NCBI GenBank assembly: GCA_045598745.1
Contig: JAZLMT010000025.1
Coordinates: 2,062-66,061 of the forward strand
DNA from: Christensenellaceae bacterium
Lineage (GTDB): Bacteria > Bacillota > Clostridia > Christensenellales > Borkfalkiaceae
Length of the DNA stretch: 64,000 nt
Direction of reading: 5' to 3'
This document shows, in pieces, positions 46,112-55,864 of this stretch; position 1 is the stretch's first letter; each line of letters starts with the position of its first letter. The position numbers were made by a program, and so were the translations under genes. The notes beneath the pieces were generated by a model that was not told the DNA's origin, searched no databases, and saw only the letters and a list, made by a program, of their open reading frames with translations.

Positions 46112-46181
46112 AATCCACCGTTTTTGATGTGCGCCCCAAAAGTTAGACACTTTTGGAGGTGCACATCAAAATCGGTGGATT
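46112..46181. terminator. very long imperfect hairpin (about 30 bp stem), probable bidirectional terminator
   Basis: AATCCACCG-T-TTTTGATGTGC-GCC-CCAAAAGT / TAGAC loop / ACTTTTGG-AGGT-GCACATCAAAA-T-CGGTGGATT. A T-run follows on the minus strand. Confidence 0.6.
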
Positions 46182-46195
46182 AAATTTTACTTAAA

Positions 46196-46762
46196 TTAAA
46201 ACTTAAAAGGTTGTTTGAACCATCTACATTGTTTAGCACCAATAATTAAGCCAAATACAAACATACCAAGAGCAAATAGAATACCTGTATTATTTAACAA
46301 ATCGCCAATTGTTTCCCAAGCTGAACCGCTTGCCATAAATATTGATACTGCATAAACAAGGAACAAAACAGCGATAAGAATTAAACAAATACCAAAGATA
46401 ACAGAAACAACTCTGCAAACTTTTCTAACGATTTTGCTTTGTGTAAGCATTAAAACAATAGAAGCGAAAATATTAACAAAAATGATAATGAAATAACCAT
46501 CAATTGCATATTCAAAAACAAGGCTAATTAATTCTTCAAAATCTTCAAGCATAGGGATTGCTGTTATCAATCCGTCTGCATTAACACTATTAATTGTTGT
46601 CATAATGTTTGATTCTTCGTTTGCTAACAAAGGAAGTGTTTCAAAAGATAACGTCATAGGATCAAGCGAAAATGGAATAACTGCAACTAAACAACAAATA
46701 AGTGAGCAGAGAATTATTCCAAAACATTCAGCGATTGAAACGTTTTTCCAATTTCTATTCAT
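46196..46762 (-). CDS. polytopic membrane protein, function unknown
   Basis: About 5 hydrophobic helices. No recognisable family motif. Confidence 0.5.
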   Translation of the reverse strand: MNRNWKNVSIAECFGIILCSLICCLVAVIPFSLDPMTLSFETLPLLANEESNIMTTINSVNADGLITAIPMLEDFEELISLVFEYAIDGYFIIIFVNIFASIVLMLTQSKIVRKVCRVVSVIFGICLILIAVLFLVYAVSIFMASGSAWETIGDLLNNTGILFALGMFVFGLIIGAKQCRWFKQPFKF

Positions 46763-46888
46763 AAATACTCCTAAAAAACTACTTTCTTATATATTTATAT
46801 TATATATATTATATAATAACCCAAAAAGAAAATATTTGCAATGGTTTTTTTAAAATTTATTAAAAAAAACAAAAAAAATTTAATTATT

Positions 46889-47539
46889 TTATAGTAGAGA
46901 TATAATTTCTATAATTTTTTTATAAAATCCGGAGCAAATTGCAAGTTTGTTTTGATAGTAACTATTGCTTTCGCTTCCGAAAATATCAGTAACACCCTTT
47001 AATATAATAAGGGGAACGTTATTTGATATGCAAACTTGTGCAATTGCACCACCTTCCATATCTCTTAATTTAGCACCTGATTTTTTTATTATATCAATAT
47101 ATTTTTCATCGTTTGTAAATTTATCGGCAGAGGCTAATGATAGCACTTTTAATGAGTTGTTTTTCGGAATAAACGTATCAAAAAAAACTCTGTCATATTC
47201 TTGAATATAGCCGATAGGAACTTGGTCGATTTCCGTAACGTCAAAATCCAATTGGCAGGCTTTATCAATGAGATAATAATCTTTGACGCAAACGGAAGTA
47301 TCAATACCGCCACATGTTCCAAAATTGAATATTAAAGACGGATTAAACTTGTCTATTATAATTTGTGTTGTCAAAGCACTGCTAACTTTTCCGATACCGG
47401 AAATGGCAATAATAACATCTTTATCTTTAATTTTACCACAAAAACAAGGCTTATCTATAAGCTTTATTTCTTTTTTATTATTCAATTGATCTAAAAGACA
47501 TTTTGCTTCATCGTAAAGCGCTACAATAAATGCTATCAT
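46889..47539 (-). CDS. mtnN: 5'-methylthioadenosine/S-adenosylhomocysteine nucleosidase family (PNP_UDP_1)
   Basis: SGIGKVSSA, FGTCGG and DMEGGAIAQVC motifs. Start set at MIAFIVALYDEA (ATG 47537-47539). Confidence 0.75.
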   Translation of the reverse strand: MIAFIVALYDEAKCLLDQLNNKKEIKLIDKPCFCGKIKDKDVIIAISGIGKVSSALTTQIIIDKFNPSLIFNFGTCGGIDTSVCVKDYYLIDKACQLDFDVTEIDQVPIGYIQEYDRVFFDTFIPKNNSLKVLSLASADKFTNDEKYIDIIKKSGAKLRDMEGGAIAQVCISNNVPLIILKGVTDIFGSESNSYYQNKLAICSGFYKKIIEIISLL

Positions 47540-47682
47540 ATATAAAAAATTATAACATAATATATAGGGCATGTCAATATAAAACCGAATTCCAAACATA
47601 AATTAAATATAATCCGTTAAGTAAATATAAAAATATTTACAAAAAAAAATAAATATGTTAAAATAGTAAAAATGAGGTTATT

Positions 47683-49128
47683 ATGAGCGAAAGAAATTTA
47701 ACTTTACTTACGGATTTTTATCAGTTGACAATGATGAACGGCTACCTTCAGGAGAATAGGCGTGATGAAATTGCTGTTTTTGACGTGTTTTTTAGGCAAA
47801 ACGGCATAATAACTTATTCACTTGCTTGTGGTTTGGAACAGGTTGTTGATTATATTTTAAAGATAAATTTTGGGCCGGAAGAAATAGAATATCTTAAAAG
47901 CCTTGATATTTTTTGTGATGATTTCATAGAATACTTAAAGGGGTTTAAGTTTACGGGTGACGTTTATGCCGTTCCGGAAGGAACAGTCGTATTCCCGGGT
48001 GAACCGATTTTAACGGTTAAAGCACCGATAATGCAAGCTCAACTCATTGAAACGGCAATATTAAATATAATAAATCATCAAACGCTTATTGCTTCAAAAT
48101 CGGCTAAAATATGTTATGCTTCAAAGGGTGGATCAATTTTAGAATTCGGTTTACGCCGTGCGCAAGCACCAGACGCAGGAATTTATGGGGCAAGAGCGGC
48201 GGTTATCGGCGGTTGTAATTCAACTTCTAACGTTCTTGCGGGGAAAATGTTTGATATTCCCGTTGCCGGGACGCATGCACATAGTTGGGTTATGAATTTT
48301 CCTGATGAATTAACGGCTTTTAAGGCTTATGCAGACGTTTATCCTGATAAAACTATGCTTTTGGTTGATACGTATAATACCTTAAAAAGTGGTGTTCCAA
48401 ATGCAATAAAGACTTTTGATTATTTAAGAGAAAAAGGATATAAACCTTTTGGAATAAGATTAGATAGTGGTGATTTGGCGTATTTATCAAAGAAAGCAAG
48501 GCAAATGCTTGATGATGCCGGATATCCCGATGCAAAAATTTGCGCTTCCGGTGATTTGGATGAACAATCAATAGATTCACTCTTGAATCAAGGTGCAAAA
48601 ATTGATATTTGGGGTGTCGGAACAAAACTTATTACAAGTTCTGATATGCCGGCACTTGGCGGTGTTTATAAACTTGCTGCAATTTATGATGATAACGGTA
48701 AAGAAATTCCGAAAATAAAACTTTCAGATAATACAGCAAAGATAACAAACCCAGGATTTAAGAATATTTGTAGGGTTTATGATAATAAAACAGGGAAGGC
48801 TGAAGCCGATTTCATTTGTTTAAGAAGCGAGAAAGATATTGACACAAGTAAGCCACTTGTTTTAACGCATCAAACGGAAAGGTGGAAAAAAATAACTTTT
48901 ACCGATTATACGGTTAAAAAACTTCACGTTGACGTAATAAAGAACGGTAAATTAGTGTATAACTTACCAAAGTTAAAAGAAATCAAAGAATATGCACAAA
49001 AAGAATTAGAAACTTTTTGGGACGAATATAAGAGGCTTGATAGCCCTCATTTGTTTAAGGTTGACTTATCTGATGAATTATATGAATTAAAACGCAGTAT
49101 GCTTGTAGAGATTAGGGGTAAAGAATAA
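47683..49128 (+). CDS. pncB: nicotinate phosphoribosyltransferase
   Basis: LLTDFYQLTMMNGY, EFGLRRAQ, GTHAHSW and RLDSGDL motifs. Confidence 0.9.
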   Translation: MSERNLTLLTDFYQLTMMNGYLQENRRDEIAVFDVFFRQNGIITYSLACGLEQVVDYILKINFGPEEIEYLKSLDIFCDDFIEYLKGFKFTGDVYAVPEGTVVFPGEPILTVKAPIMQAQLIETAILNIINHQTLIASKSAKICYASKGGSILEFGLRRAQAPDAGIYGARAAVIGGCNSTSNVLAGKMFDIPVAGTHAHSWVMNFPDELTAFKAYADVYPDKTMLLVDTYNTLKSGVPNAIKTFDYLREKGYKPFGIRLDSGDLAYLSKKARQMLDDAGYPDAKICASGDLDEQSIDSLLNQGAKIDIWGVGTKLITSSDMPALGGVYKLAAIYDDNGKEIPKIKLSDNTAKITNPGFKNICRVYDNKTGKAEADFICLRSEKDIDTSKPLVLTHQTERWKKITFTDYTVKKLHVDVIKNGKLVYNLPKLKEIKEYAQKELETFWDEYKRLDSPHLFKVDLSDELYELKRSMLVEIRGKE

Positions 49129-49144
49129 TTTAGGAGTTAAAACT

Positions 49145-49726
49145 TTGGAATTAAAAAAAAATAGGTTTAAAAAAGAAGAAGTTGAACTTTTGATAAATAA
49201 GGTTAATCTTCATTATAATAATAAGTTATCGGAGTGTTATGCTTTAATAAACGAATTAAAGGAAGAAAACAGAAAACTTTCTTCTGAAGTTGAAAAGTAT
49301 AAAAACGATAACGAGATTATATCGTCTTCAATAATTGAGGCAAAGAAGAAGTCAAAGGAAGTTATGGGGCTTGCGGATAAGAAATATAATCTGGAAATCC
49401 TTGAACTTACACAATTTCACGAAAAATGGACGGGGTATTTTAATTATTTATTTCAAAAATATCCACTATATCCAGAAATAGAAGAAATGAAGAAATTATC
49501 TAACGAAATTGCCACTATTTTGGTCACACATAATGATAGTAAAAAGAAAGTGGAAAAGATAGATAGGTTAATTTCAAACAAAAAAGTTCCTTTTAACCCG
49601 AAAAAGAAGATTGAAAATTACGTTTTGGCTACAAGCGACAATGGTTTTAACTTGGATGAAGTTTTAAACCCGGGCGAATTAAAATTAGAGGATTTATGCA
49701 AAGAGTTAGGTTTAATAGACGAATAG
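49145..49726 (+). CDS. DivIVA-domain coiled-coil protein
   Basis: N-terminal FKKEEVELLINKV resembles the DivIVA lipid-binding domain, followed by a coiled coil. TTG start after AGGAG. Confidence 0.5.
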   Translation: MELKKNRFKKEEVELLINKVNLHYNNKLSECYALINELKEENRKLSSEVEKYKNDNEIISSSIIEAKKKSKEVMGLADKKYNLEILELTQFHEKWTGYFNYLFQKYPLYPEIEEMKKLSNEIATILVTHNDSKKKVEKIDRLISNKKVPFNPKKKIENYVLATSDNGFNLDEVLNPGELKLEDLCKELGLIDE

Positions 49727-50244
49727 TTTTTATTATTATTTCAATACTTGTTTTTGCCCTTGCGATTTTATTTGACCAACTGACGAAACTTTATTTTAGA
49801 AATAACTATATTGTTGGGGAAAGAAAGACAGTTATACCGTCATTTTTTTATTTTGAATTGACAAACGGTAATTCAGGCGCAGCGTTCGGATTATTTTCAG
49901 ATAAAGCGTGGGCGCAAACATTTTTTAAGATTTTAACAGGTGTTGCTTTAATCGTTTTGGTTTTTGCATATACGTATGCAATTAAAAGAAATTATAAAAC
50001 GCTTACAATATCAATTTGTTTAATAGCGGGTGGAACGATAGGTAATTTTATAGATAGACTGTTTTTTTCAAAGGTTACTGACTTTTTAACGATAGATATT
50101 AATGGATTTTGCCCGTTCGCAGTGTTTAATATTGCAGATGCTTGTTTATCGATAGGAATTGTTTTGGTGATTATTCATCTATTCTTTTTGGATAAAAACG
50201 CTATATTTAAGAAAAATGGAAAAAATAAAGTTAAAGACAACTGA
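49696..50244 (+). CDS. lspA: lipoprotein signal peptidase (signal peptidase II)
   Basis: NSGAAFG, GGTIGNFIDR and FNIADACLSIG motifs. Confidence 0.85.
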   Translation: MQRVRFNRRIVFIIISILVFALAILFDQLTKLYFRNNYIVGERKTVIPSFFYFELTNGNSGAAFGLFSDKAWAQTFFKILTGVALIVLVFAYTYAIKRNYKTLTISICLIAGGTIGNFIDRLFFSKVTDFLTIDINGFCPFAVFNIADACLSIGIVLVIIHLFFLDKNAIFKKNGKNKVKDN

Positions 50245-51118
50245 AAAAGACGTAAATAAAAGGCTTGATGTTTTTTTGAGCGAAAAGATAGAAAAAACAC
50301 GTTCGCATATTAAAAAAATATGCGAAGAAGGCTGTGTTTTTCTTTGTGATAAAAAAGTAAAAGCCAATAAGATAGTAAAAAATAACGAAGAATATACGGT
50401 TATCATAAACGATTTAGTGAATTTAGATTTAGAACCGGAAAATATTCCACTTGATATTATATATCAAGATGACGATTTGGCTGTCATAAATAAGCCACAA
50501 GGTATGACTGTTCATGCAGGAAACGGCACTAACGGTTCAACACTTGTCAACGCTCTTTTATACCATTTAGATAAACTTTCCGGTATAAACGGTGTGATAA
50601 GGCCGGGAATTGTTCATAGAATAGATAAAAACACTTCAGGCTTACTTGTAGTCGCTAAAAACGATAAAGCGCACGTAAAACTTGCGAAACAACTTGAAGA
50701 TAAAACTTGCCATAGAGTATACACGGCACTTTTAGAAGGTGTTATTAAAGACGATAGTGGACACATTGAAACATTTATTTCAAGAAATCCAAAGGATAGA
50801 ACGAAAATGGCAGTTTCTTCAAGCGGAAGACTTGCGATAACAGATTATAAAGTTATTAAAAGATATAATGAGTATACTTTATGTGAATTTTCTCTGAAAA
50901 CGGGAAGGACGCATCAAATAAGAGTTCATGCAAAGTATATGGGGCATCCGATAGTCGGTGATCCGGAATACGGATATAAAAATCAAAAATTTAAATTAAA
51001 CGGTCAATTGCTTCATGCTGGTAAGTTAGAGTTTGTTCATCCAAAAACAAATAAATTATGTTCGTTTAATTGTGATTTGCCTGAATATTTTAGTGAAATA
51101 TTAAAGAAAATAAGATAA
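50216..51118 (+). CDS. rluD: RluA-family 23S rRNA pseudouridine synthase (RluD-like) with S4 domain
   Basis: S4-like N-terminus, HRIDKNTSGLLVVAK catalytic Asp motif, GRTHQIRVH. lspA-rluD pairing. Confidence 0.85.
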   Translation: MEKIKLKTTEKDVNKRLDVFLSEKIEKTRSHIKKICEEGCVFLCDKKVKANKIVKNNEEYTVIINDLVNLDLEPENIPLDIIYQDDDLAVINKPQGMTVHAGNGTNGSTLVNALLYHLDKLSGINGVIRPGIVHRIDKNTSGLLVVAKNDKAHVKLAKQLEDKTCHRVYTALLEGVIKDDSGHIETFISRNPKDRTKMAVSSSGRLAITDYKVIKRYNEYTLCEFSLKTGRTHQIRVHAKYMGHPIVGDPEYGYKNQKFKLNGQLLHAGKLEFVHPKTNKLCSFNCDLPEYFSEILKKIR

Positions 51119-51131
51119 AAGGAGAAATAAT

Positions 51132-51413
51132 ATGAAACAATCAAATGGTAATTTTTTAAACTTTCTTTGCTTTGTTGTATTAGTTTTATCAGCAGTATTA
51201 ATTTTTGTTTGCAAACTTCTACCTATAGTTGGGTTGGAAGTAGGTGGCTCATTAATTAATATTTTAGAAACAGTAAGGGATTGTTTGATTCTGTTATTTA
51301 TAGCTTTAAGCGCATTGAATTTTGTTAAAGGAAAAGGAAAAGTAACGAAAATTATTTTTGCAATATCAATTTGTATTTTTATTGCAGGTATAGTTTTAAT
51401 TTGGTTTGCTTAA
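51132..51413 (+). CDS. small membrane protein (3 TM), unknown
   Basis: GGAG RBS. Hydrophobic throughout. Confidence 0.45.
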   Translation: MKQSNGNFLNFLCFVVLVLSAVLIFVCKLLPIVGLEVGGSLINILETVRDCLILLFIALSALNFVKGKGKVTKIIFAISICIFIAGIVLIWFA

Positions 51414-51428
51414 AAAAAGAGGTAATTT

Positions 51429-52748
51429 GTGGCTAAACCGCTTGTCGCAATAGTTGGGCGACCTAACGTAGGAAAATCTACTTTTTTCAATAAAGTAGTA
51501 GGTAAAAAAATATCAATTGTAGATAATTTCCCCGGTGTTACCAGGGATAGGCTTTATGCTGACGCAGAATGGTGCGGTCAGTATTTTACGCTTGTTGATA
51601 CCGGTGGATTGGAATTAAAATCTACAGATATAATGTGGAAACATATACAAAAGCAGGCTGAAATTGCAATAGAAACCGCAAACGTTATTATTTTATTTAC
51701 CGATGCAAAAACAGGGCTGACAACGGAAGATCAAGACGTTGCGATGAAACTTCGTAAAAGTGGAAAGCCTGTCGTTCTTGCAGTAAATAAATTAGACAAT
51801 TATTCACCAGATTCGCTTTATGAATTTTATAATTTGGGATTAGGCGAACCTTTCGGTATTTCTGCAGAACACGGAACAGGTATTGGTGATTTGCTTGATG
51901 AAGTTTGCAAGTATTTTAAAGATTTGGGTGAACTTGACGATAGCGAATATATTAAACTTGCGGTTGTTGGAAAACCAAATGCTGGAAAATCAAGTTTATG
52001 CAATAAGCTTTTGGGTTTTGACAGAACTATCGTTTCCGATATTGCCGGAACGACACGTGATGCGATAGATACTCCGTTTTTATATAACGATAAAAAATAT
52101 ATGCTTATTGATACGGCAGGAATAAGGAAAAAACATGCCGTTACCGAAGATTTGGAATACTATAGTGTTTTAAGGGCTTTGGGAGCAATAAGGCGTGCAG
52201 ACGTTTGCATTATAATGATTGATGCAGAACAAGGTATAACGGAACAGGACGTTAAGATTTGCGGATACGTTCACGAACAGGGTAAACCTTCAATTATCGT
52301 TATGAATAAATGGGATACGATAGAAAAAGATACGTATACCATAAATAAGTTTACCGATGACTTAAAGCTCAATCTAAAATTTATGGATTATTTTGTCCCT
52401 GTTTTCGTTTCTGCAAAAACGGGGCTTAGAACGGATAAAATTTTAGATTTAGCCGAAAATGTTTTAAAAAATTCTCAAAGGAGAATAACTACAGGTCAAT
52501 TAAACGATTTGATTTTAGATTGCGTTAGGGCAAACGAACCACCGTCGGTAAACGGGAAAAGGTTAAAAATAACTTATGCAACTCAAACGGGCATTAATCC
52601 ACCGGAAATCGTAATATTTTGTAATGAACAAAATCTTATGCATTTTTCATATAAGAGATATCTTGAAAATTGCATTAGAAATGCGTATGATTTTAGCGGA
52701 ACACCATTGAAAATTATTATTAGGGAAAAGAGTGAAGATGACAATTAA
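51429..52748 (+). CDS. der: ribosome-associated GTPase Der/EngA (tandem G domains plus KH-like domain)
   Basis: GRPNVGKST / DTGG and GKPNAGKSS / DTAG, plus two NKxD motifs (NKLD and NKWD). GTG start after AGAGG. Confidence 0.95.
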   Translation: MAKPLVAIVGRPNVGKSTFFNKVVGKKISIVDNFPGVTRDRLYADAEWCGQYFTLVDTGGLELKSTDIMWKHIQKQAEIAIETANVIILFTDAKTGLTTEDQDVAMKLRKSGKPVVLAVNKLDNYSPDSLYEFYNLGLGEPFGISAEHGTGIGDLLDEVCKYFKDLGELDDSEYIKLAVVGKPNAGKSSLCNKLLGFDRTIVSDIAGTTRDAIDTPFLYNDKKYMLIDTAGIRKKHAVTEDLEYYSVLRALGAIRRADVCIIMIDAEQGITEQDVKICGYVHEQGKPSIIVMNKWDTIEKDTYTINKFTDDLKLNLKFMDYFVPVFVSAKTGLRTDKILDLAENVLKNSQRRITTGQLNDLILDCVRANEPPSVNGKRLKITYATQTGINPPEIVIFCNEQNLMHFSYKRYLENCIRNAYDFSGTPLKIIIREKSEDDN

Positions 52749-53484
52749 TTATATATTACTTGGAATACTAGCTGTCTGCAGTTATTTTTTGGGAAATTTA
52801 AACTGGGCAATCATTATTTCAAAAACAAAAAAAGTTGATATAAGAACACTTGGAAGCGGTAACCCCGGCACCTTAAACATGGGAAGAAATTTTGGGTTAA
52901 AGGTCGGGCTTTCGGTTTTCTTTCTTGATATATTAAAAGGCGTTATACCGTGTTTAGTTGCTTTTTTTGTCTTTAAAGATAAGGGCTGTTTTTCGAATAC
53001 GAATTTTTTAATTAAAGATTTAGCTTTATATTTGTGTGGTTTAAGTGTAGTTTTAGGGCATATTTATCCGGTTATATTTAAGTTTAAGGGCGGAAAAGGA
53101 ATTGCTTCTTCAATAGGCGTTTTCTTATTCGTAGAGTGTTCTTACGGTATTGCTTGGGGACTAATAGTAATTATGGCAATCGTTGCGGCGATAGCTTTTA
53201 TTTATTTCACTGAATTCGGGGCAATGGCATCTTTTATAGCAATAACTCCTTCTGCAATAAGTGCTTTTATCAGAATAAATTTAACGTATGCAAAAGAAAT
53301 AAATTCTTGTTTATTATTCGTTATTTTAGTAAATTGCATATTGTTTTTAATTTGTTTCTTTACTTGGTTTGCTCATAGAAAGAATATTGAAAGAATGCTT
53401 TCCGGTGACGAGCATTCAACGTCAATAAAGGCGATGTTTGTAAAAATGAAATCAAAAAATAAGGAAACTGAAAAAAATAATTAA
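52732..53484 (+). CDS. plsY: acyl-phosphate:glycerol-3-phosphate acyltransferase PlsY
   Basis: GSGNPGTLN, FKGGKG and HRKNIERMLSGDE motifs. Somewhat longer than I recall for typical PlsY proteins. Confidence 0.85.
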   Translation: MKMTINYILLGILAVCSYFLGNLNWAIIISKTKKVDIRTLGSGNPGTLNMGRNFGLKVGLSVFFLDILKGVIPCLVAFFVFKDKGCFSNTNFLIKDLALYLCGLSVVLGHIYPVIFKFKGGKGIASSIGVFLFVECSYGIAWGLIVIMAIVAAIAFIYFTEFGAMASFIAITPSAISAFIRINLTYAKEINSCLLFVILVNCILFLICFFTWFAHRKNIERMLSGDEHSTSIKAMFVKMKSKNKETEKNN

Positions 53485-53499
53485 AAAATCGCTAAAATT

Positions 53500-53529
53500 T
53501 TCATAAAGAAGAATAACCTCTCATATATT
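53500..53529 (+). promoter_or_regulatory. possible sigma-E-type sporulation promoter for spoIVA
   Basis: TTCATAA ... CATATATT loosely resembles the sigma-E -35 (kCATATT-like) and -10 (CATACA-T) elements. Weak call. Confidence 0.25.
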
Positions 53530-53557
53530 AAAAGTGTAATGTATGGGAGGTTTTTTT

Positions 53558-55036
53558 ATGGTTAAATACGATATATATACTGATATATCTAAAAGAACTG
53601 GTGGCGATATTTATATAGGTGTTGTTGGACCTGTCAGAACGGGAAAATCAACGTTTATCAATAAAGTTATGCAAAATTTTGTTATTCCGAATATAAGCAA
53701 TAAACTACAAAAACAAATTGCGCTTGATGAAATGCCACAGTCGTCAAACGGAAAAACGATTATGACAACGCAACCGATGTTTGTTCCTTCAAATGCGGTA
53801 AAAGTAACTTTTAATAATAAAACAAGTGCAAATATCCGTTTGGTTGATTGCGTTGGTTATTACGTTGAAGGTGCAAGCGGAAATATGGAAGAAGGAAAGC
53901 CAAGGCTTGTTAAAACGCCGTGGAGCGATGAAGAAATGCCTTTTTCAGATGCTGCAAAGTTCGGCACTGATAAAGTTATAAACGAATATTCAACTATAGG
54001 TGTTTTAATAACGACAGACGGAAGTTTTACCGAAATAGATAGAAAGTATTACGAAAAGGCAGAAGAAAAAATCGTTAGGGAAATGCAGAGTATAAATAAG
54101 CCTTTTATAATAATTTATAATACGAATAACGTTTCAAGTGAAAACACGCTTAATACGGTAAACGATTTAGAAAGAAAGTATAACGTTCCCGTAGTTGCTT
54201 TTGACGTTGAACATTTAACGAGTGACGATATAACTTCTATATTTGAAAAGATACTTTTAGAGTTTCCTATGAACGGGTTTAACGTAGAAATACCCGATTA
54301 TTTATCCGTTATGGATAGAGATAATCCTTTTATCAGTGAAATAATAGAAGATATAAAAGAAAAGTCAACTAACGTGTGCAAAATGAAGGACTATTATTAC
54401 CTGAACGAAAGTTTTTTTGATAGTGAAAATTACGAGCCTATAGAACTTAAAGAATTGTGTTTGTCTAACGGTGAAGCGAATTTTAAGATAAACGGCAAAA
54501 AAGGTTTGTTTTATAAAGTGCTGTCAAGCATTTGTGATGAAAAGATTGAAGATAATTTTTCGCTTATGTCTTATATAAAAGATTTTTCAAAAGGGAAGAA
54601 ACAATATGATAAAATAAAAGATGCGTTAAGCGAAGCGTTAGACAACGGATACGGTGTGGTTATGCCGACTCCTGAAGAAATGAATTTTGAAGAACCCGTT
54701 TTAATAAAACAGGGCAATAAATACGGAGTAAAACTCAAGGCAAAAGCACCAAGTTTACATATTATGAAAGTTGACGTTGCAACCGAAGTTTCACCGATAG
54801 TCGGAAACGATAAACAGGGTGAAGAAATGGCAAATTCAATAATAGAAAAATACGATAATGATCCTAAAAAACTTTGGGATACGGAAATGCTTGGAAGGTC
54901 GCTTCAAGATCTTATCGCAGACGGGATAAATACAAAAATAAAAGAAATTCCGGAGTCCGTTCAAGGGAAACTTAGAAAAACAATGTGTAAAATCGTAAAT
55001 GAAAACAAAGGGGGAATCGTTTGTATTCTTCTATAA
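53558..55036 (+). CDS. spoIVA: stage IV sporulation protein A (spore coat morphogenetic ATPase)
   Basis: YDIYTDISKRTGGDIYIGVVGPVRTGKSTFI N-terminus and C-terminal GGIVCILL are characteristic of SpoIVA. Confidence 0.9.
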   Translation: MVKYDIYTDISKRTGGDIYIGVVGPVRTGKSTFINKVMQNFVIPNISNKLQKQIALDEMPQSSNGKTIMTTQPMFVPSNAVKVTFNNKTSANIRLVDCVGYYVEGASGNMEEGKPRLVKTPWSDEEMPFSDAAKFGTDKVINEYSTIGVLITTDGSFTEIDRKYYEKAEEKIVREMQSINKPFIIIYNTNNVSSENTLNTVNDLERKYNVPVVAFDVEHLTSDDITSIFEKILLEFPMNGFNVEIPDYLSVMDRDNPFISEIIEDIKEKSTNVCKMKDYYYLNESFFDSENYEPIELKELCLSNGEANFKINGKKGLFYKVLSSICDEKIEDNFSLMSYIKDFSKGKKQYDKIKDALSEALDNGYGVVMPTPEEMNFEEPVLIKQGNKYGVKLKAKAPSLHIMKVDVATEVSPIVGNDKQGEEMANSIIEKYDNDPKKLWDTEMLGRSLQDLIADGINTKIKEIPESVQGKLRKTMCKIVNENKGGIVCILL

Positions 55037-55040
55037 TAAA

Positions 55041-55066
55041 AAGCCCACCAAACGGTGGGCTTTTTA
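55041..55066. terminator. bidirectional terminator between spoIVA and the convergent ABC operon
   Basis: AAGCCCACC-AAAC-GGTGGGCTT with flanking A- and T-runs. Confidence 0.7.
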
Positions 55067-55864
55067 ACTGTGTTTAATTAGTATTTTTTCAAGTAAAACA
55101 ATCAGTGAATACATTAAAGATGCTAAAATACAAAGTATAATAGTTGATGCCATAATAAGGTCTAACTTAAATACTTGGCTTCCGTAAACTATAAGGTATC
55201 CAAGCCCTGCACGTGATACTAAATATTCACCCATAATCGAACCGATCCAAGAAAGTCCAACGCAAATTTTAAGCATACTTATAAATGTTGGGAAACTTCC
55301 GGGAATTACAAGTTTATTCATGATTTGAAATTTACTTGCGCCCATTGACTTAAGAAGTAATATTTTTTCTTTATCTGTTTCTAAAAAACCGTTCATCATG
55401 GTAATTGTCGCAACTATAACGGCAACCAAAAAAGTCATAAAAATTATTGACTTATTGCCACTTCCGAACCACACTATAATTATAGGTCCCATAGCAATTT
55501 TCGGAAGGCTGTTAAGAACGACTAAATAAGGCTCTAATATTTTTTTCAAACTATCGTTTAGCCATATAAGAAGTGCTAAAACGTATCCGACAATTACAGC
55601 TAAAATAAAGCCGAAAACCGTTTCGTAAAGCGTTATTCCGATATGGTAAAACAGATTGCTTTCAAGTATAAGTTTTTTCGTTGTTATGACAATTTTGCTG
55701 GGTGAACTTGTTATAAACGAATCAATAATTTCAAGCCTTGCAAAAAGTTCCCAAAAACCTAAAAGAATTAATAGAATAGCAAAACGCATTATCCAAACGA
55801 AAGTATTTTTCCTTTTTATTTCTTTAAGATATAGCAAATGTTCCTTTGAGTATTTTTTTATCAT
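55064..55864 (-). CDS. ABC transporter permease, NitT/TauT (SsuC/ThiX-like) family
   Basis: Six TM helices and an EAA-like loop (LLKSMGASKFQIMNKLVIPG). Confidence 0.8.
   Translation of the reverse strand: MIKKYSKEHLLYLKEIKRKNTFVWIMRFAILLILLGFWELFARLEIIDSFITSSPSKIVITTKKLILESNLFYHIGITLYETVFGFILAVIVGYVLALLIWLNDSLKKILEPYLVVLNSLPKIAMGPIIIVWFGSGNKSIIFMTFLVAVIVATITMMNGFLETDKEKILLLKSMGASKFQIMNKLVIPGSFPTFISMLKICVGLSWIGSIMGEYLVSRAGLGYLIVYGSQVFKLDLIMASTIILCILASLMYSLIVLLEKILIKHS

Noticed and set aside
47540-47599. Track extension of the MTA/SAH nucleosidase ORF.
   Set aside because: The family N-terminus (MIAFIVAL..) begins at the internal ATG. The extension has no RBS.
52732-53484. PlsY longer than I recall for typical PlsY proteins, considered as a possible fusion.
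   Set aside because: The conserved C-terminal HRxNIxRLxxGxE motif is still near the end. The extra length looks like loop or TM insertions plus a short charged tail, not an added domain.
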